In this document: positions 12,978 through 22,715 of the stretch, in pieces | Layout of the letters: each line of letters opens with the position of its first letter | How positions within the stretch are numbered: the stretch's first letter is position 1 | Assembly (NCBI GenBank): GCA_050309605.1 | Contig: JBNRMN010000034.1 | Span: 172,554-236,553 of the forward strand | Reading direction: 5' to 3' | Length of the DNA stretch: 64,000 nt | From: Anaerohalosphaeraceae bacterium | Lineage (GTDB): Bacteria; Planctomycetota; Phycisphaerae; Sedimentisphaerales; Anaerohalosphaeraceae | Program-made: the position numbers and the translations under genes | Notes under the pieces: generated by a model | The model's input: only the letters and a program-made list of their open reading frames with translations | Told to the model about the DNA's origin: nothing | Databases searched by the model: none

Positions 12978-13673
12978 ATGTCCACGAAATCAGCGATCAT
13001 CTTGCTCAGCGGGGGGCTGGACTCGGCCACCACACTGGCCATGGCCAAAGACCAGGGGTACGACTGTTACGCAATGACGTTTCAGTACGGTCAGCGACAC
13101 GCCCGCGAAATTCAGGCGGCCCGGCGAATTGCAGCGGCCTTCGATGTGCACGAGCACAGATTCATCGCGATTGATTTGGCGGCTTTCGGCGGGTCGGCCC
13201 TGACGGATCCGGCCCTTGCGGTACCTTCTGATAGAACTGACATATCCTCTGAAATACCAATTACTTATGTTCCTGCTCGCAACACTGTTTTTCTCAGTTA
13301 TGCACTGGCCTGGGCCGAGGTGCTGGGGCTGTGGGATATCTTCATCGGCGTCAACGCCCTCGATTACAGCGGCTATCCCGACTGCCGGCCGGCCTTTGTT
13401 GCAGCCTTTGAGACCATGGCCAATCTGGCAACCGCCAGGGCCGTGCAGGGGCAGGGGACCTATCGTATCCGCACGCCGATTATCGAGATGACCAAGGCCC
13501 AAATCATACGCAGGGGGATTGAATTGGGCGTCGATTACGCCCTGACCCATAGCTGCTACGATCCCGACCCCGCAGGCCGTGCATGCGGCCGCTGCGACGC
13601 CTGCCGACTGCGGCTCAAAGGCTTCGAACAGGCCGGACTGCGCGATCCGATAGAATACGCAAAATATCAGTAG
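12978..13673 (+). CDS. queC: 7-cyano-7-deazaguanine synthase
   Basis: [36 protein letters not shown]. Confidence 0.96.
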   Translation: MSTKSAIILLSGGLDSATTLAMAKDQGYDCYAMTFQYGQRHAREIQAARRIAAAFDVHEHRFIAIDLAAFGGSALTDPALAVPSDRTDISSEIPITYVPARNTVFLSYALAWAEVLGLWDIFIGVNALDYSGYPDCRPAFVAAFETMANLATARAVQGQGTYRIRTPIIEMTKAQIIRRGIELGVDYALTHSCYDPDPAGRACGRCDACRLRLKGFEQAGLRDPIEYAKYQ

Positions 13674-13848
13674 CGCTGCGGTGCGAGCCGCCCCATAATC
13701 GTCCGGTTAGCCGAGCCATTTCGATGCAACTGGCGGCACCCCCTTAAACACCGCCATTTGCCCAAAAAAAATGCTTTTATCGACGCGATATTCAGGGTAT
13801 AGTGGTCTGACAAAGACAAGTTTGATGTGAGCACAGCGAGGTGTAACA

Positions 13849-14814
13849 ATGACAGAACGGATTCCCAAAGTCCTTGTGGTCGGGCCGACCTATGTGGATA
13901 TGGCGGTCAAATGCGAGCTGTTTCCCGAACCCGGCAGGCCGGTCGAAGGGTCCGGTTTTTCCTGCGTGTCGACCGGCGCGGGACTGAACGAGGCAATTCA
14001 GGCCGCCCTGTGCGGCGCCGAGGTCTATTTGCTTTCGCGTATCGGCGAGGACTGTTTCGGCGAGATGATCAAACAAACCCTGCGGCGGTACGGCGTGTCC
14101 ACGGATCTGGTTTACTTGACTCAGGCCATCAGTACCGGCATCGTCGTAACGATGGTGGACGGCAACGGCGAAAATCGAAGCTGCCGCTCAGCCGGCGCCA
14201 ATCGGGTGCTCGGACGGGATGAAATCGAATACGCCGGGGCCGAACAGCTCATTCAGACGGCCGATGTCTGTCTGGTCAGCGACGGCATCCCGCCGACGGC
14301 GGCGGTCTCGGCCATCCGCACGGCCGGCCTGCACAAAACCCGCGTCGTGCTCGAAGCACGCCTGCCGGGCGTGGAGCGGCAGGTGCTGCGGTCGATTGAC
14401 TGGCCGGTCGATTTCTTCAATGCCGATGTCATTATTTTGCGATTTGAAGGCATTGTTTGCGCCTCGGAGCTTGGCGCCGGCGGCGACGGCGACCTGAAAT
14501 TTATCGGCACCGAGCTGGTCGCCTGCGGCGCCCGATGCGTTGTCATCAGCATGGGTTGGCACGGCGCGCTGGTCATCGACCGACATGGACAGCGGCGCAT
14601 ACCCGGCATTACACTGGATGTGGTCGATCAGACCGGCTGTGAGTCGGCCTTTGCCGGTGCCCTGGCCGCAAGCTGCGGCAGCGGTGACGATCCCGACAGG
14701 GCGGTCAAGTTTGCCGTCGCCGCCGAGACACTGGCCCGAAGCCGTTTCGGCCTGCACGACGCACTGCCCAAAAAAGAAGATATCCTCATGCTCCTGCAAG
14801 ACCAGCCGGATTGA
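13849..14814 (+). CDS. PfkB/ribokinase-family protein with degenerate catalytic motif
   Basis: VLVVG..YVD, IGEDCFG, GEN....AGAN fold motifs; C-terminal 'VVDQTGCESAFAGAL'. Confidence 0.85.
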   Translation: MTERIPKVLVVGPTYVDMAVKCELFPEPGRPVEGSGFSCVSTGAGLNEAIQAALCGAEVYLLSRIGEDCFGEMIKQTLRRYGVSTDLVYLTQAISTGIVVTMVDGNGENRSCRSAGANRVLGRDEIEYAGAEQLIQTADVCLVSDGIPPTAAVSAIRTAGLHKTRVVLEARLPGVERQVLRSIDWPVDFFNADVIILRFEGIVCASELGAGGDGDLKFIGTELVACGARCVVISMGWHGALVIDRHGQRRIPGITLDVVDQTGCESAFAGALAASCGSGDDPDRAVKFAVAAETLARSRFGLHDALPKKEDILMLLQDQPD

Positions 14815-14908
14815 GAACGATGAGAATCCAAATGGAAGGATGAGAAATGGACAGTTTTGCATACTGGATATTTGGATATCAGAAGTTTTCTGAGCCTCAA
14901 TAATAACA

Positions 14909-15814
14909 ATGAAAAATTCTAAAACATCTTTGCGACTGCTGCTGACCCTGTTGCTGTGGGGTCTAACGGTTTCCGCTGAAATGCCTGCATCGGCAATCGA
15001 CCCCAATGTCGTCGAACAGCCCGTCAGCCTTGACCATTTACCGGATGTCAGTTATGCGTTTTATCCATTTGATGAGCCGCGGCCGATTCGCGTACACGTG
15101 CTGGAGATTGATCTTTCGCAGGACACGGTCGAGCCGGTAGTTGTCATCGGCGACAATCCGCCGGAAGAAGACCGAAACGCCGTCCGTGCCGATCCGCGCA
15201 AGCTGGCCGCCCATCCGCATCTGATGGCGTTTGTCAACACCAATCCCTGGACGCCATGGGGGCCGATTTATCCGATAAACGTGACGATTACCGGTCTGGC
15301 CGCAGCCAACGGCGTGGTTCGCAGCCCGCATCGCGGCGTATCGGTCTGGACGAATAAACAAGGCCGCGTTTTTATTGGCGATCCAAAAGACACCGAGATT
15401 CAGGAAGGCGTTGGCGGCTTTGAGCAAATCCTCAAGGCCGGTCAGATCATCGTCGAAAAGGGCGGTCCGTTGCATCCGCGCACGGCCATCGGCGTCAATG
15501 AACACGGCGATCGGTTGTATCTGGCGGTTGCCGACGGGAGACAGCCGGGGTTCAGTGAAGGCATGAGTCTGGAAGAATTGGCAGCGCTCATGAGCGATCT
15601 GGGCTGTTGGGACGCCGCCAATATGGACGGGGGCGGCAGCAGCGTCCTGGGCATTGTCGATAAGAACGACCGGATTCGCATCCTCAACCGACCGCCCGGC
15701 CCGCCGGGTTATTTACGCCCGCTGCCTATCATTTTAACCCTCCGTCATAAGCAGACCCCCGACGAACTGGATCAGCTTGGATGCCCCAAAGAAAATGAAA
15801 CAGGGGGGAAATGA
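14909..15814 (+). CDS. Secreted phosphodiester glycosidase (NAGPA-like) family protein
   Basis: Signal peptide; HPRTAIG, VADGRQPGFSEGMSL, ANMDGGGSS. Confidence 0.9.
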   Translation: MKNSKTSLRLLLTLLLWGLTVSAEMPASAIDPNVVEQPVSLDHLPDVSYAFYPFDEPRPIRVHVLEIDLSQDTVEPVVVIGDNPPEEDRNAVRADPRKLAAHPHLMAFVNTNPWTPWGPIYPINVTITGLAAANGVVRSPHRGVSVWTNKQGRVFIGDPKDTEIQEGVGGFEQILKAGQIIVEKGGPLHPRTAIGVNEHGDRLYLAVADGRQPGFSEGMSLEELAALMSDLGCWDAANMDGGGSSVLGIVDKNDRIRILNRPPGPPGYLRPLPIILTLRHKQTPDELDQLGCPKENETGGK

Positions 15815-15815
15815 C

Positions 15816-16961
15816 TTGAATTTTGTGCGAAAACACGATATTCTTGACGCCTCACAGGTGATGTCCGAACTTATCGGCGGCCATCCGATCCATTTGGAAC
15901 AATGCCGCATCAGAGGAACAATGGATTTAAACGCCGCACTGGTAAATGCGTCCGCAGAAAGGGACGAGACGATCTCACGTTCTATCACTCTGACACAAGA
16001 CATCCATTTTAACAATTGCACATTTGAAGAAGATGTCTCCTTTTCCGGTCCGTGGGAAAACACCGAGAGTCTGCGTGTGATCTTTAAGGGCGATGTGCGT
16101 TTTAATATGTCTGTTTTTTCAGGACAGGCGCGGTTCATCGGTGCGACGTTCGAAAAAACCGCCGGTTTTGACGGCTGTACATTCCAGCGGGTCTGTGCGT
16201 TTCGGGAAGCAGTTTTCGGCGGACGGACACTGTTTCGCACCGTAATGTTTGACGGATACGTGCTGTTTAATAAAGCGCAATTCGTCGAAGACGCCCGGTT
16301 TATCAATACCTGTTTTAGCAAAGGCGCCAATTTTACCGAGACAATTTTTCGAAGCAAAGCCGATTTTCAGGGCGTCTATTCCCGCGGACGAACCATCCCG
16401 CAGATTGACGGTGTGTGTTTTCAGCGCAAACGATTTGGCGATGAGGTTACATTTTGGCGTTTCATGAAACAAGTCAGCCAGGAAGCGGGATTGTATCGGG
16501 ATGCCGGGCAATGCTTTTACAAAGAACAATGTGCGCATTTCTGGCAGCGGTTTCGCGGTCCGGATTATTGACGGCTCTCGGCAGCAGGGAAAGCTTTACG
16601 CTGGGCCGCGGGCTTTCGATTGATACCTGAACTGTTGCTCGGTCGTCTTCTGTTCGGTTACGGCGAAAGACCGATCCGCGTATTGACCGCCGCGGGACTA
16701 TTGATTCTGGTGTGCGGTCTGTTTTACAGCTCGCCGCTGGCGCGGTTTTCCATTGCAAACGATCCGACACGCGATCAATTAACGCTGCTGGAAGGCATAT
16801 TTTACAGTACGACAACGTTTACCACACTGGGGCTGGGAGATTTTGCGCCGGCCACGGCATCAACGCTGACCAAATTGGTTACGATGTTTGAGGCGTTTAC
16901 CGGCGCTTTTTTGATTGCGCTGTTTGTCGTGTGTTTTTGGAAGCGTTTCTCACGCGGGTAA
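15816..16961 (+). pseudogene. Pentapeptide-repeat plus two-TM ion-channel-domain gene interrupted by a single in-frame TGA (16569-16571)
   Basis: ORFs 15777..16571 and 16620..16961 are in the same frame and the bridge is open; 'A.F....F' repeats, then GYGERPIR and YSTTTFTTLGLGD pore motif. TTG 15816 has a G-rich SD-like run upstream. Confidence 0.8.
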
Positions 16962-17131
16962 GGAACAGGGAAGTCGTATTTGTAAGACTTTACCAAAAAT
17001 GAAGCAACGCCTTAATGGGTCGTATGACTGCCCTGTCCAAAGTCCGATAATGTATCTTATGTTGCATTCAGCGGAAAAACTTTATCCAGGAGTAATTTCA
17101 GGGAGATTTTAGCGGGATTCTATCGTCCGCC

Positions 17132-18781
17132 TCAGCCGGATTTCATTGCCGCTAAATTGCCGGCTGTTTCAATCATCCGATGCCAATTGGTAAAGGCCCG
17201 ATCTACCAAGCCGAGGTTTTCAAGAATCGTCTCCAGATTGGTATGCACTTCGGTATCCTGAATCGGCTCACCGACCTGCATCTGAACTTGCCGCAAGGCC
17301 CTGGCAAAGGCCGGCCGGTCACAATACAAAATGGCCGTGCGATAATACAAGTGGAACATTGCCGCAGGGATCGGTTCGGTTGTACGCAGCGTTGCCAGCG
17401 CCTCATCCACTTGACCGTTGTCAAATTGGCACAGACACAGCTTACTGCGGGCACGGTAATGAATCGGATTCAGCCGGATTGTGTTTTCGAATGCCTCAAT
17501 GGCCTCGGTGTAATTATTTTCGACCATCATCAGGATGCCGTACTTATAATGCACATCCGCCCGCGATTCGAGGTGTCTGACCTGATCATGATGTGCCCGA
17601 ATGACATCGTTAATCATCACAACGACCCGTTCGGACGGCTGTGAATCCGGTTTGTTGTCGTCCACAATAGTCTGAAAATGAAGAGTCGCCGCCTCCGAAA
17701 ACAGTAATGTGCTGTTTTGCTGAATGGACGATGTCAGTGACAATGTCCGTCCGGCTTCATCAATATCCCCTGCGGCCTGGTGCGCTGCGGCCAGCCCGAT
17801 ATACGCATCGACGATTTCGTCGTTCAGTTCGGCGGCCCGATTGAACTGCTCTGCGGCCAGCGAGAACCGTCGGCTGCGCAGGTAATGTGTCCCCAGTTTT
17901 ATCATCGCTTCAAGTGAATTGGGTTGGCAGCGAATGGCGTTTTCATAGCAGGCGATTGCCTCGCCGTCCCGACCCCATCGCCCGTACACTTCGGCCATGC
18001 GAACAATCAAATCCGGCATTGGCCCGACCTGCTCGATAAGCCAATGGATTTTTTCGAGCGCCTGTTCGTACAAGCCGTTTTCAACCAGGGCGTCGATGTC
18101 ATCGTTTTCGCCCACATCCAGAAAATTATCGGGATGTGAAATAATCGCCAGATTGAACATATCAATCGCTTGTTCGGTTTGTTCGGTCGTCAGATAGAGA
18201 TAGCCGAGCAGCACCATTGAGGTAATGTCGTCGGGATGTTCGCGGATCAGCAATTCATACTCCGCGACCGCTTTGTCCAAATGCCCCAACCGCAGACTGA
18301 TCGCCGCCAGCCGCTGCCGAGGCAATTGCAGATGATGCTGAAATTTCAGGCAATCCTGGTAACATTCCGCCGCTTCGGCCGATTGACCGAGCCGTTCGCG
18401 GCAGTATCCCATAATGTACAAGGCCATCGTATTGGACGGCTGACGAAAATATACACTTAGGGCCTGCTCCAGCGCTTCGACTGGTTCGTTGTTTCTCAGA
18501 CACAGCGCCGCGGCGGCCATCCGACCCAGACAGCATTCCGGAAAGTCGTGCAGATAGCGCCGGAGTTTGTCCTCGGCCTGAACCATTTCGTGGTTGGCCA
18601 GATGCTCAATGATGCCGGCAAGTTGGTCTTTTGCGTTCGGGTCGTTTATTTTTTGTGGAAGATTCTGATCCAGCCAGTGCCATATCAATTCCACCGTGTC
18701 AAGGGCGATTCCTTTTCCAAAGATCTCAAGCAGTTTGCTCATTCGGTATTCCGGCTCGGTAGTTAATAAATTCTCGTTCAA
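17132..18781 (-). CDS. Tetratricopeptide repeat protein
   Basis: Many TPR units (e.g. LGQSAEAAECYQDCL, GEAIACYENAIRCQP, EAIEAFENTIRLNP); start could be 18742. Confidence 0.88.
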   Translation of the reverse strand: MNENLLTTEPEYRMSKLLEIFGKGIALDTVELIWHWLDQNLPQKINDPNAKDQLAGIIEHLANHEMVQAEDKLRRYLHDFPECCLGRMAAAALCLRNNEPVEALEQALSVYFRQPSNTMALYIMGYCRERLGQSAEAAECYQDCLKFQHHLQLPRQRLAAISLRLGHLDKAVAEYELLIREHPDDITSMVLLGYLYLTTEQTEQAIDMFNLAIISHPDNFLDVGENDDIDALVENGLYEQALEKIHWLIEQVGPMPDLIVRMAEVYGRWGRDGEAIACYENAIRCQPNSLEAMIKLGTHYLRSRRFSLAAEQFNRAAELNDEIVDAYIGLAAAHQAAGDIDEAGRTLSLTSSIQQNSTLLFSEAATLHFQTIVDDNKPDSQPSERVVVMINDVIRAHHDQVRHLESRADVHYKYGILMMVENNYTEAIEAFENTIRLNPIHYRARSKLCLCQFDNGQVDEALATLRTTEPIPAAMFHLYYRTAILYCDRPAFARALRQVQMQVGEPIQDTEVHTNLETILENLGLVDRAFTNWHRMIETAGNLAAMKSG

Positions 18782-18963
18782 AGCTGTTAACGCTGTATCG
18801 GCTGAACACCGGCGGCGTTTAAGGACAAGCTCTGAAAAGAATTCCCCGAATGAGCAATTCTGAGGGAAAAGTTGTGGACTATACCGGCTGTATCGATTGT
18901 TTGGTGCAGGCCGAAACTCGACACCGGATCAAATGAGATGCGCTGCTCAAGGTCCTATAAAAC

Positions 18964-19437
18964 CTAAGTTTGCCTTGTCTGCTGTACATTCTGCTCAATT
19001 TCAGTCAGATAAGCCAGCGTGCGCTCAAGCTTGTCGGTCAGGTGTTTGAGTCGCAGCATGGTCTTGACGCGGGTCAATAATTCCCATTTGTTGATGGGTT
19101 TGCTGATGAAATCATCCGTTCCGCATTGAATCGCCCGCTCGATGTCTCCGATCTCGTTTAAGGCCGTGACCATAATGATCGGGATGTCGGCGGTTTTGGG
19201 ATTATTTTTCAGCTTGCGGCAGACCTCAAACCCGCTGATTTTGGGCATCATCACATCCAGCAGTATCAAGTCCGGCGGGTTATTGCGGACGATTTCAAGG
19301 GCTTGCAGCCCCCCTTCCGCGGCCAGGGTTCGGCAATCCAGATCCTCAAGGTAAGCCAGAATCAGCTCAAGATTATGCAGGTTATCGTCAACCACAAGCA
19401 CAACGGGTTTGTGGTTATTGTTCTGTACCATATCCAT
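18964..19437 (-). CDS. Response regulator receiver protein with short coiled-coil tail
   Basis: VLVVDD, DLILLDVMMPKISG, IIMVTAL, DDFISKP. Confidence 0.93.
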   Translation of the reverse strand: MDMVQNNNHKPVVLVVDDNLHNLELILAYLEDLDCRTLAAEGGLQALEIVRNNPPDLILLDVMMPKISGFEVCRKLKNNPKTADIPIIMVTALNEIGDIERAIQCGTDDFISKPINKWELLTRVKTMLRLKHLTDKLERTLAYLTEIEQNVQQTRQT

Positions 19438-19593
19438 TATCCCTTAAATCAAACAAATGATTGTCGCGCTATTGTCCGTTCAAGAAAATTATCACAACTG
19501 CCGATAAAGAAATATGTAAATCGTGTAATCTGAGTTGATCTTAACCGGGCATAATAAAAAATCAATGTTAAATTTCATGGGAGAGGGACGCCT

Positions 19594-20358
19594 GTGCGAC
19601 TGCTGGAGAATCGACAAACCCTGCACCGACGATTGACGGTACTTGAAGAGAGTCACCAACACCTATTACGGCAGCTTCAGCAGGCCCAACGGCTCAGCGG
19701 ATTGGGACTGGCTTGGGCAATTACAGCCCACGAGCTGAACAATTTGCTGACATCCATGACCAATTATGCACGTCTTTCGCTGCACTACCCCGATGACCGG
19801 CAACTGAGCACAAAAGCCCTTGAAAAAACAGTGTTCATTGGGCAGCGTGCCGCCGATATACTCGAAAAAGTGATGGATCTGGCTTCCGGCAAGGCCATGG
19901 AGACCGAACGGATCGAAATGGACACCCTGCTGGATGACGTGTTGTTGTGTATCGGGCGGGATTTCGAAAAAGACGGCATTACGCTGGTGCGTCGCTGTCC
20001 GTCGGGGATTTCGGTGCGGGGGGATCGGGTGTTGCTGGGACAGGTCTTGTTGAACCTTCTGCTGAACGCCCGTCGGGCGATGCTTGCCCACGGCGGGACC
20101 CTTCATATGACCGTGCAATCCACCCCGAACGGAACACAGATCGAGATTGCCGACAGCGGCAGCGGCATGTCTCCGGAGGTCATATCGCGTATTTTTGAGC
20201 CGTTTTACAGCGGCAGCGAGGTTCAGGCGGATTACGAGGGCAAGGGGTTGGGATTGTTTTTCTGCAGACAAATCATCGAAGCTCACAACGGAAGCATTCA
20301 GGTCCAATCCGCACCGCAGCGCGGAACAACCTTCAGGATTCTGTTGCCAACCGACTGA
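19594..20358 (+). CDS. Cytoplasmic histidine kinase (HisKA plus HATPase_c, no sensor domain)
   Basis: H box AHELNNLL, N box QVLLNLLLNA, G1 IADSGSGM, F IFEPFY, G2 GKGLGL. Confidence 0.9.
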   Translation: MRLLENRQTLHRRLTVLEESHQHLLRQLQQAQRLSGLGLAWAITAHELNNLLTSMTNYARLSLHYPDDRQLSTKALEKTVFIGQRAADILEKVMDLASGKAMETERIEMDTLLDDVLLCIGRDFEKDGITLVRRCPSGISVRGDRVLLGQVLLNLLLNARRAMLAHGGTLHMTVQSTPNGTQIEIADSGSGMSPEVISRIFEPFYSGSEVQADYEGKGLGLFFCRQIIEAHNGSIQVQSAPQRGTTFRILLPTD

Positions 20359-20416
20359 CAAGGCGGTATAACGGCTCTGTTGAAGCGGTTTAATATCGGC
20401 AAAACAGAGAGGGATT

Positions 20417-21712
20417 GTGGCGACGTTTTTACTTCATTCAATTTGGCAGCTTTCAGCGATGACGGCGCTGCTGCTGGCATCGGGATTTTGCTCAGGCTCG
20501 GAGACGGCGTTCTTTCATCTGTCGCGCAGACAGGTTCGACGGTTTTCCGCCTCGCCGGCGCCGCTTGAACGGCTGGCGGCCTCGCTGCTGAGCAACCCCA
20601 ACCGGTTTTTGACCGCCCTGCTGTTTGCCAATATGACGGTCAATGTGCTGTATTTTGCCACCTCAAGTATGCTGTCAATTCAGGCGGGCCGTGCAGGCGG
20701 TGTCGCTGCCGGCGCCGCGGCGGCGTTTGTGAGTTTTCTGGCACTTTTGCTGGGCGGCGAGATGCTGCCCAAGTCGCTGGCTTACGCCAATACACGTCAG
20801 TTTTGCTTGTTTGCCTCACCGGCCTGTTACGTGCTGCTGCGGGCGCTGTCGCCGCTGCTGGCGGTTCTGGATCATGTGCTTGTCCAGCCTGCGGTGCGGC
20901 TTTTGGTGCACCCGGCGGCTCAGTCGTCGCCGATTACCGCCGATCAGCTCAGGATGCTGCTGGACAAGACGCGGCGAAAAGGCTGGATCGGAGACGATGA
21001 AAACCTGCTGCTGGCCGAGATTTTGAAGTTCGGATTCTTAAAGGTGCGCCATATTATGCAGCCGCGCGTCGAGATGCCCGCCTGTTCAATAACGCTTACG
21101 TCCTCTCAAATTCGGGCAATGATGTATCAACATCAATTGGTCAAGATACCCGTTTATAAACAGTATATCGACGCCATTGCCGGCGTGGTGTATCTGCGCG
21201 ATCTGCTGCTGAATCCCGATCGAGAGCCGGCTCACCTGGTGCGGCCGGTCGTGTATGTGCCGGAACAGAAAAGCGTTGAATCGCTGATTGAGTTTTTTCG
21301 TACCAGCGGCGAAAATATGGCGATTGTTGTGGACGAATACGGCGGCATCGCCGGGTGGGTTCGTTTTGAGCACATCATCGAGCAGTTGCTCCAGCCGATG
21401 GAAGACGGCGGTACAGAACGCCCCATCGAGCAAATCGGTCCGCTGTCCTATCGACTGGAGGCGGATTTGTCGATTTACGACTGGAAAGATGCCTTCGGCA
21501 TTGACCTCGAAGAGACCCATTTGACCACGGTCGGGGGGTTTGTTACCGCCCTGCTCGGCCGCATCCCCCGCCCCGGCGACGAAGCCCGCCTGAAAAATCT
21601 GAAATTCTCCGTTGAAAGCGTTCGCAATAATCGCATCCATACCGTGGTGCTGACGCTGGAGCCGATTCTTGACAAAACCTTGCCGCAGACGGACAACGGA
21701 GCGAGGGCATGA
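20417..21712 (+). CDS. CNNM/HlyC-CorC family protein (DUF21, CBS pair, CorC domain)
   Basis: SGFCSGSETAFF, GEMLPKS, AIVVDEYGG, TTVGGFV..LGRIP..GD. Confidence 0.92.
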   Translation: MATFLLHSIWQLSAMTALLLASGFCSGSETAFFHLSRRQVRRFSASPAPLERLAASLLSNPNRFLTALLFANMTVNVLYFATSSMLSIQAGRAGGVAAGAAAAFVSFLALLLGGEMLPKSLAYANTRQFCLFASPACYVLLRALSPLLAVLDHVLVQPAVRLLVHPAAQSSPITADQLRMLLDKTRRKGWIGDDENLLLAEILKFGFLKVRHIMQPRVEMPACSITLTSSQIRAMMYQHQLVKIPVYKQYIDAIAGVVYLRDLLLNPDREPAHLVRPVVYVPEQKSVESLIEFFRTSGENMAIVVDEYGGIAGWVRFEHIIEQLLQPMEDGGTERPIEQIGPLSYRLEADLSIYDWKDAFGIDLEETHLTTVGGFVTALLGRIPRPGDEARLKNLKFSVESVRNNRIHTVVLTLEPILDKTLPQTDNGARA

Positions 21713-22707
21713 TGGTTGTTTTATTGCAGTTTGTTCTCATTGTCGGTTTGATCGCACTGAGCGGTTTTTTCTCAGGCAGTGAAACGGGCTTGTACCGGCT
21801 GAGTCGGTTTCGTCTGCGTCTGGGGGTGGAAGAACAGCGCCCGTTTTACGAGACGCTCTTTGCACTGATTCGGGACGGTCGGGCCGCGATGATGTCCATA
21901 CTGATCGGGAATAATCTGATCAATTATGCGCTGACCAGCCTTGTTACCATACTGATTTTCAGACGGCTCAGTGATCAGCGTCTGGCTGAACTCTACACCA
22001 CAGCGATTCTGTCGCCGCTTCTTTTTGTGTGTGGTGAGATGATTCCCAAGATTCTGTTTTATCATTGGGCCGATATGCTGATGCCGCGTTTGACGTGGCT
22101 GCTGTGGGCGATCCACAAAACACTGACGGCAACCGGCATTGTCGCGGCGCTGCAATGGATGTCCGACCAATTGGCTCGGCTGCTGCGATTGGGGACGAAT
22201 ACGGCCGCAGCGGTCGATGCCACTCAGCGGCACCAGGTCTTTCAGATCATACACGAAACCCGCGAAGAAGGACTGCTTAGCGATGTGCAGCGTGATATGA
22301 TCGCTCGTCTGCTGCAAATTCCGAACGTGCCGGTTCATACCGTGATGACGTCTTATCGAAAAACTGAAAAAGTCGCTGTCGGCTGCAACCGGCAAGACCT
22401 GCTGAAACATCTGGCACACGCGTCGCACACCCGCCAGTTGGCGTGCGCGTCGGATGGTGGTGTGCTCGGCTACATCCTGATTTACGAGGTCCTCGGCAGT
22501 GAAGGCGAATTCGACGACCTGCACTCGTTTGTGCGGCCGATTGTTACACTGGAACCGATGTGTTCGGCAATCGACGCGATGAATGTCCTTTGCCGTAAGC
22601 GTGAAAAAATCGCGTTGGTCAAAGCCCCCCATTCCCGGCAGCCGCTGGGCATTATCACACTGACTGATTTGGTCGAGGAATTGACCGGCGAGCTGGCGGT
22701 TGCCTGA
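21709..22707 (+). CDS. CNNM family protein (DUF21 plus degenerate CBS pair)
   Basis: SGFFSGSETG, ILIGNN, GEMIPK, GIITLTDLVEELTGE; ATGA overlap with upstream paralogue. Confidence 0.9.
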   Translation: MMVVLLQFVLIVGLIALSGFFSGSETGLYRLSRFRLRLGVEEQRPFYETLFALIRDGRAAMMSILIGNNLINYALTSLVTILIFRRLSDQRLAELYTTAILSPLLFVCGEMIPKILFYHWADMLMPRLTWLLWAIHKTLTATGIVAALQWMSDQLARLLRLGTNTAAAVDATQRHQVFQIIHETREEGLLSDVQRDMIARLLQIPNVPVHTVMTSYRKTEKVAVGCNRQDLLKHLAHASHTRQLACASDGGVLGYILIYEVLGSEGEFDDLHSFVRPIVTLEPMCSAIDAMNVLCRKREKIALVKAPHSRQPLGIITLTDLVEELTGELAVA

Positions 22708-22715
22708 ATCGCCCG

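Noticed and set aside
14811..14892. Possible heptamer array between the PfkB-like and phosphodiester glycosidase genes (similar hint at 1985-2015)
   Set aside because: Spacing alternates 7 and 8 nt; too weak to call.
16569..16610. Selenocysteine codon with SECIS
   Set aside because: No redox-motif context and only a weak stem; kept only as a remote alternative.
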